This document shows, piece by piece, positions 21,271 through 28,620 of a DNA stretch of 28,620 nucleotides. The stretch's first letter is position 1. Each line of letters begins with the position of its first letter. This DNA comes from Geosiphon pyriformis uo1 (Eukaryota; Fungi; Glomeromycota): contig JAAOMT010000136.1 of assembly GCA_016748015.1 (NCBI GenBank), positions 10,004 to 38,623 of the forward strand, in the 5' to 3' direction. The position numbers and the translations under genes are program-made. Under the pieces are notes generated by a model. It was not told where the DNA came from. It saw nothing but the letters and a program-made list of their open reading frames with translations, and did not search any database.

Positions 21271-21729
21271 ATGCTCTTTAGTCACATTTTATTCAATAAT
21301 TTTCAAATGCTGCAATTATACATTTTAGTAAAAAGTTAAGAAATAACCAATAAGTAATCTTTTATTCCAAGATATTCAGATACTTGAAGATAAAAAAAGG
21401 AAGTTTTAGCAATAAGAAAATAATTAAAATAAAAGTTGTTATTTTATTTATTTGATTTTCTTGATTTTTGATATGCTTTATATTTTTGATATGTTTTTCT
21501 ACAGCTAAAAGATTCATTACTTATATAGCTATCAAAAGTAGTCAATAATCAGATCAATAATCAGGTCAATAATCAGGTCAATAATTAGGTCAATGGTCAG
21601 ATTATTGATTAGGTCAATGGTTAAGTCATTGATCAATGATCACTATCTAAAAATAGAGTGGCTAATTATATAATATTAGTGGCTAATACATATGATAATT
21701 AATAAGAAGTATAGGTTTTAATCATAATA
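21271..21729 (-). repeat. Probable LTR of family D, right portion
   Basis: Non-coding; minus-strand TATATAA at ~21521-21527 downstream of a tandem array (same layout as A and B LTRs); ends ATCATAATA where element C integrase begins. Confidence 0.55.
21540..21640. repeat. ~8 x 12-bp tandem repeat (GGTCAATAATCA)
   Basis: gtcaataatcagatcaataatcaggtcaataatcaggtcaataattaggtcaatggtcag…. Confidence 0.85.
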
Positions 21730-24700
21730 CTATATTATAATATGGTTTTAGTCAATTTTTATGTGCTGTATTAAGTAAAATTTTGTTGTTCCATTTTAAT
21801 TTATAAGCTTAATTTTTTAGAATTTTTTTAATGTGAAATGGTTTGTTCTATTTGAAATCAAATTTTCTATTTTATTGTTTTTCTATTTTGATATAATGTA
21901 AGAGTACTTTGTCTTTAATTTTGAATTCAACTGGTTTATTTTGTAATTAATTATCATGTTATTTTTTTTGTTTTGCTTGTGATTTTTGTATATTATTAGC
22001 TGCTGTTCATATTTTGTTTTTTAAAGTTTCTATTAAGTTATATATTTTTTTCAGCAATATTCTTTGGAAGTTGGCTTCTGTTATTGATTTTGTTGGATAT
22101 GTATTAATATTTATCTTAACTAGTAATATTATTTTTCTATTATAGACAAGTTCAAATGATGTTATTTGTATAGTATCTTGCTTTATTGTCTAATAAGCAA
22201 ATAATACTGATAGTATAAACAAATCTTATTTATTCTGGTTTTTTTGGCTAATCTTGGTTATTATTTTACATAATGTTTTGTTGAATCTTTTGACTAAGCC
22301 ATTTGTTTGTAAATAATATGATGACAATAATAATCTTTTGATTTCAAATTTTTGACTTAATTCTGTTAATGTTTTGTTTACAAAATGAGTTTTTTGATCT
22401 GATAATAATTTTTTTAGACATCTATGTTAACAAATCAAATCTTGGTAGATAAATTTGGCTATAAATTCTGCATTTGCTTTTTAAATTGCTTTTACTTCTG
22501 GTTATTTTGTAAAATAATTCATGACTACTGCTATATATTAATTGCCTTTATTGGTTATTATTAATAGTCCCACTTTAATTAGTTTTAGTTGTTTGTTAAG
22601 TTTTGTTTCTTTTCTTTTTTAACAAACATCATAATTTTGAACATATTAAATAATATCTGAATATATTGATAGCCAATAATATCTTTTTCTGGTTCTTTTT
22701 ATGATTGCTTTTTTATGAAAATATTCTGCAGTTAGATCTGAATACATATTAAACAGTATTGTTTATTTCTTTAATTCTATAATTACTTTGAGTAATTAAT
22801 TTAGATTTTTTCTGTTTTTTTAATATAATATATTTTGATAAATAATAAAATATTTTAATTGTTGTTTTATGTTGTTTTGTTTTTTTTGAGATAATTTCTT
22901 CTTGAAATATTGAGTATTGATATAATGTTGGAGTTGTTAATATTTTTGTGTATTTATTTTTTATTATATTTTTGGGTTGAAATATTTAGATTTGTTTTAT
23001 CTGTAATAAACTATTAATATTTCTATTTTTTTTTCTTTTTTTATAATATATGATATAATTAAATGGTAATAGTTCTATTTTTTATCTTATATGACAATTG
23101 TCTCAAAATTTTTGCTTTTAAATTGATGTTAATTTTTTGTAATCTATGTATACATTAAATTTTTGGTTTAAATATTTTTTCTATTTGATAACAGTTCAAT
23201 AAATAACTAAGTGTTCCAATACTAAGATTTTATAATTTTTCTTAGCTGGATTTAAACTTCAACTGGCATATGTTTTTGTTTGTTTACTCTTTTTTGTAAC
23301 AATACAGTTTTCAATACTTGACTGAATGCATTAATGGTAATAATAAATGGCTTGCTATAATTTGAATAGATTAGTATTAAGACTTAAATAAGCTTTTTTT
23401 TAAGATGTTAAAAGTTTTTTGTTGTGTTTTGGTTTATTCATATTTAACATTTTTTTGCTTAAAGCTGGTAAAGTAGTTAAGCCAGTTTGAAAAAATTTTG
23501 GATAAAGTGATAATAGCATCTAGCAAATTCCAAAATACTCTTAATTTTGTCAAGTTTATTGGTACTGAAAAGTTCTTAACTATTTCAATTTTGTCTAAAT
23601 CTGTTTTGATGCTACCTTTGCTTATAATATGTTTCAAAAATTTGTATTTGGTTTTTCTAAAAAAGCATTTAATTGTATTTAATTTCAATTTGGCTTTTCT
23701 TAATCTTTTAAATACTTGTTAAAAATAGTAGATATGATTATTGAATGTTTTGGAGAACATGTTGGTGTTATTTAAGTAGACTACTACTGATTTTCATAGT
23801 AATTTGGTGTAAACAATTTTCATAAGCTATTAAAAGATAGCTGGAGCATTAGTTAAGCCAAAAAACATAACATCAAATTCAAATTTTTTTCTCTGATTGT
23901 GAATGCTGGTTTTTTCTTGTTGGCTAAATTTATGGCTAATTGCCAGTAATCACTATCTAAATTCAATATTAAAAACCATTTCTTCTCTTTAAAAACATTA
24001 AATAATTTTTGTATCTGTAAAGTTAAATAGTTGTTTCTATAAGTAATATTATTATTTTTTTATTTTTTTATGAACTAATACCACTGGTAATAATCATAAA
24101 TTTATTAATAGTTAAATTAATCTGTTGTCTAATATTCTGTTAATTTCTTGTTAGATGATTTCATGACTAACTAATAGTACTTTATATGCTATTTGTTTGA
24201 TTGGCATTGTATTTCCAGTCTTAATCTGGTGTTAGATAATATCAGTTCTGCAAAATTCATTTTTACTGACAAAAATGTCAGTAAAATTGTTAAGTAATAT
24301 TTTGAGTTGCATATGTTGAAATGAATTTAAATTTCTCAAGTTTATTTGTTATAATTGTTTTGATTATAATAAATAATACTCTTTTTATTTATAGATTGTT
24401 TGTAATGTAATATTTATATATCTGTACAGTTGTGGAAAGTTTGAAATAATAGTTGATAATTAATTTTCAATTTTAGTGCTTAAGTATTTAATAGTAATTC
24501 TACTTGGTATTTTTATAAAGTTTTTAGTTGTGTTATATATAAGAATCTTAATGTGTTTGTGGTTTTTAGCTAGTATATAAAGATTGGTAATGGCAATCTC
24601 TTCTAATTTACAAATATTTGTTTTAGCTTTAAAAATCTGGAGCTGATTTTTCATTTTCTTTTCTATAACTACTATATACTGATCATATAGTAGAATAGAA

Positions 24701-26815
24701 ATTAATTGATAAGTAGAGATAATTTTTTCTTTATTAATTGTTTTTTTTTCACTATATTAATTGATATATTTATTCTATTTGTTGATTTAAATCTCTGTAT
24801 CTTTCTTACCATAATCTTTAAATTTTTCTTTATTCCTACTAATACTAACTGAGCTATTTTAATCAAAGACAAAAATATTGTCTGTGTTATTTTTTATTTG
24901 GTTTAATTATATATATTTTTTTGAATTATTTTATAGCATTGCAATAATATTTCCTATATATCTTGTATTAATTATTCCTCTTTTAATATTAATTTTTTTA
25001 TTTATTAAACTAGATCTAGAGACTAATTAGACTATTGTTGTTGCCAAAATTTTTAGTACTACTTTCAGATCTATGCTGGTGTATAAATAAGATTTCAATT
25101 AAATGGCAGTTTTTTTTGAATATCTGATATCAAACTCTGCATTAATATTATATATGTATTCTAACATAATACTTTCATTATTATTGTTAAACCATTTGAG
25201 TTTTTGCTCTATTAAAAAATCTGGGAGCATAATATATTGTTCAGAGTTGTAATCAGAATTAGAATTGTCATTGTTATTATTGTTATTGTAAATAAAATTG
25301 AAACTGTTGTTATTGTTATTATCAAAATCTGAATCACAATTGATTTTTAATTCTAATTCCAATGCATATTCACTGATTGGCTCTTTTTTTTCAGAGATTA
25401 AATAAATCATATATGATGATAGATTGTAAATAAGATTACAATCATTACAATATTCAAAGTCACTTAGAATTAAATAATATTTACAAAATCTAGTATTTAA
25501 TTGTTCAAAATACTGTTTTTGTTCTTTTTTAGTGAGTACTAAATTTTGGTAGTGTTTATAAAACTGTTTTAGATTGCTTAAGATATCAATAAATACATTT
25601 GAATTGAAAATAAAAATAGTTTTGACAAGTTTTGGTGGGTTGTTTTTGATCATAAATATTTCATTAAGTGAAACATCTTTAACTTTGGCACTTGTTATTC
25701 ACCAAATTTTGTTCTTATTATTAAGTAACTATCTAAGTATGAAAGTATTCTGTTTTATACAGTGTTAAAAAGCATTCCTTGGCTCATCTAGTTGCTAATA
25801 AAAATTGTGTATTGAGATAATATATTACACATTCTTTCTTAACCAAGAATGTTATTCCATATTTTTTTATTGAGTAGCGCTTCCTTACAAACAAGACATG
25901 ATTTGTTGTTTCAATTTTTTTGTCATTTAGAGTAATTAAAATGTTCTTGGTAAGATGATTTACAATAGTAGTAAGTATGTATTTAGTAGTTTTCATCTGA
26001 TGAAATCCAAGCTTTCATAAAGAAAAACTTTTTCTTATAATTAATGTATCTTAGTAAAATATAAAGTGGTTTTATTCTTGTATTCATGAAGTATAATCTA
26101 TTTCAGTTACTGGTTATTTTTTCAGTAATAGTAGTGACTTTTGACTTGTCTTCTTTCTTTCTTTTTTTATTATTATTCTAAAAAAGTATTAATAGTAATT
26201 TGTTGTGTTTATTTTTAACTTTTAAGACTTGATAGGCTTTTCAGGTAAGTTTTGTTTTTTCTTTCTTTAGCTTAATCAATAATTGCTCTTTTAAAAAAGC
26301 TTTAAAGTGTCTGCAGATAACTGATATCCAAATTTACTGATTATTTTGATTAAGCTGTAGCTTCTGCATAATTTAGTTAAATACAGTATTAGTCTTAAAC
26401 AACCAATTATTATCAATAAAAGTTTGGTACTGCATAGTTTTCATCATGAAAACTTTGATGAGTGTTGTAATGCCATTAACTTTGAATAGAAAGTTATTAA
26501 TTTTACCAATAGGAGTTTTTGTTATTTCATTAGCTATAATAATTCTGATACTGGCAGTATAATCAACTTAGCAATCTAATTGGTTCATGAGTTATCATGT
26601 AATAATGCTGTTTACTAAACTACTATCAAGATTAATTTGATAAAATGGCCATTAACTTTGGTATCTGTGTATATGTTATAATAAGTTTGGCATTAAGAGT
26701 AACTCTATTGAATAAAAGTAACATTATTGATTCTTTTATTTTGAAGAAAAATATAGCTACAAGTAATTTATTCTTTATAACAGTGGCTGACAAGATGTTG
26801 TTGGTAAACTATATT
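21730..26815 (-). mobile_element. Element C: older LTR-less relic of the A family (PR-Cys spacer-dUTPase-RT-RH / IN)
   Basis: Colinear with A at DNA level; LILDSS protease ~26625; dUTPase NAEFDI/SRSSL/GIINTRYIG ~24785-25200; RT VVYLNN ~23770; integrase 21730-22957; truncated at both ends. Confidence 0.88.
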
Positions 26816-27599
26816 TGATCTTTTAACAATTTGAAAAACTTTATACTCTTTGGCAAATAAATTAACTCATTAAAATTTTTCTAAACAATTGAATATGGCC
26901 ATTTTCAAAAATAGATTCATAATTTAGCCCATTATAAAATTCAAATCTTTTAACAAATTTGTTAAATTTAGTATTTTTAATATTATTATCTTTAAAAAAA
27001 AATTTTATTCTATTTATATGTTTTATTTAAAAATACCAAGATTGTGAATTATAATTATTAATTAGTTTTATTATATTAATTATTGTTTTTTATTATTATA
27101 TGATTAATAAAAATAGGCTAAAAAAATTTGTCTTAACTGTTTTGAAATAATAATTGAAAGTTATTTTTAAGTTAATCTTTAAAAAAAGTATTTTTATCTT
27201 TGTTTTAAATCTAATAGTTAATCTATTATATAATATATTTAACTAAAAACAACATAATAATTAAATATTTATATAAAGTTTTAAATAAAATTTTTACAAA
27301 TAATTTTACTTTATAAAAAAAATTAATTGAAAATATATTTTGGTTAATCTTAATTTGAATTTGGCTCTATTTTTTAATACATTAATTTTAAACTAATTTT
27401 TACCAGTCTTAAAAGCAAAACAAAATATATTTTCACTTATGTTTTTATTTAATTATATTATTAGAGAATTTAATCTTAAGGATTAAACTAATTAGATAAA
27501 AACTTTTTTGCTTGTTTTTTAATACTATTTCTAATAATATTTAAGAAATATTTACTAATTATTAAAGATTTATTAAACAGATGACTTTTACTTTAGCAC

Positions 27600-28620
27600 T
27601 TAATGCATTTTTAAAATCAAATTAATTTTAATTAAAATTGTATTTTAGTTTATATATAATTTTATTAATGCTAAATCTGTGTTTAAAAACAATATAAACT
27701 TTTTTTTGTATAAATTTTGTTTTTTTAGCTTTTTTAAATATTATATTTTAAGTTGAATATGCTAAGTTTGTTTTTTTTTTATTTTTAAAATAAGTAAGTT
27801 TATGATAATATTTAAGTTTTTTTGTTGCTGTTGTTTTGTATAATATGGCTTTAAATGTGTGTATAATTAATAATAAAACAGTTTTTAGTATTTATATTAA
27901 GATTTTTAAAGTTATATTAAAGTTTTTTAGCATTTAACAATATGTTATTGTTTATTTTAATTTTTTTAATATAATTGTATTTGCTTTAATATGCTAGTTA
28001 ATTTTAATAAACAAAAACAATATTAGAATTTTTATTTTTGTAAATTTAAGAAAAAACTTTTTTTTTATAATATGTTTAAAACCAAATTGATTAATTTTTT
28101 TTCTGATTAAACAATCTTTAAAATTAGCAAACTGATTTTTTAAATTAGTATTTATATTTGTTTTATTTTTTATTTTTTAAATTTGCTAAGTAACTTTAAT
28201 AAACAATTATTACTTTTAGTTTTAAATATAATTTAGATACTGTTATTATCAAAACTGGTATTTTAAAAAGTTTGTATTTAATAAAAAATATCTGAATATT
28301 AGTAATGCTTTAAGTATTAAAATTTTGATTATCTGATTTTAAGTTATAAGATATTACTATTTCTTTTTTCTAAGTTTTTATTTTATTTTGTTGATTTTTA
28401 AATAGCATTTTATTAAAACTATATTATAGATTTTATTTCTGCTTATTTAAATTTTTTTGTTAGTAATTTTTTAATTCTTGTTATTATTATTATTATTGTT
28501 AGCTTTTTAATTGGTTTTTGCTTAGTTATTTTGGAATTTAAGTTAGATGTTTTGGCTTTAATAGTTAAGTTTATTGTTAAACTAATTAGTATTTTGGTTA
28601 TTACTTTATTAATTATTATT
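27600..28620 (+). pseudogene. Second, extremely decayed LINE ORF1-like relic (RRM-like region + CCHC remnant + coiled-coil)
   Basis: SI*QYVIVYF…C*LILINKNNIRIF…NMFKTKLINF… parallels the 1005-2010 relic; CFKY*NFDYLILSYK reads as a G>A/C>T-decayed CxxCxxxxHxxxxC. The family assignment is inference. Confidence 0.45.

Noticed and set aside
21730-21733. CTAT as a 4-bp TSD of the D LTR (also at 2007-2010)
   Set aside because: The two flanks belong to different elements, and the match plausibly arises from G>A decay in AT-rich DNA.
26816-27600. Very AT-rich tract as a centromere/origin or separate gene
   Set aside because: No definable motif; most simply the eroded 5' region of the adjacent LINE-like relic.

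Overview
An AT-rich eukaryotic (very probably fungal) retrotransposon graveyard with no host gene, RNA gene or CRISPR array. From recall alone, the protein relics resemble Glomeromycotina (Geosiphon-type) TE proteins; this is unverified. The window is a nest of minus-strand Ty3/gypsy LTR elements. Element A (2193-21270, ~0.9 kb LTRs) carries a younger element B (7817-17202, 5' LTR truncated). A appears to sit inside an LTR of another family (D: 2011-2192 + 21271-21729). D abuts an older LTR-less A-family relic C (~21730-26815). An A-like LTR fragment (1-507) and two heavily decayed LINE-ORF1-like relics (~1005-2010, ~27600-28620, + strand) flank the nest. Every copy is pseudogenised by C>T/G>A transitions. 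Comparing A, B and C reveals an unusual shared organisation: [Met-free Gag N-terminal extension, candidate GUG start]-capsid-CCHC-protease-Cys-rich Zn-finger spacer-dUTPase-dUTPase-like repeat-RT-RNaseH-STOP / short A-rich linker / integrase as its OWN ORF-STOP / conserved non-env ORF3-PPT-LTR. C is truncated, so the Gag extension and ORF3 are seen only in A and B. Domain boundaries are read by eye and are approximate; LTR termini, PBS, PPT and the stop/start positions quoted were counted directly.
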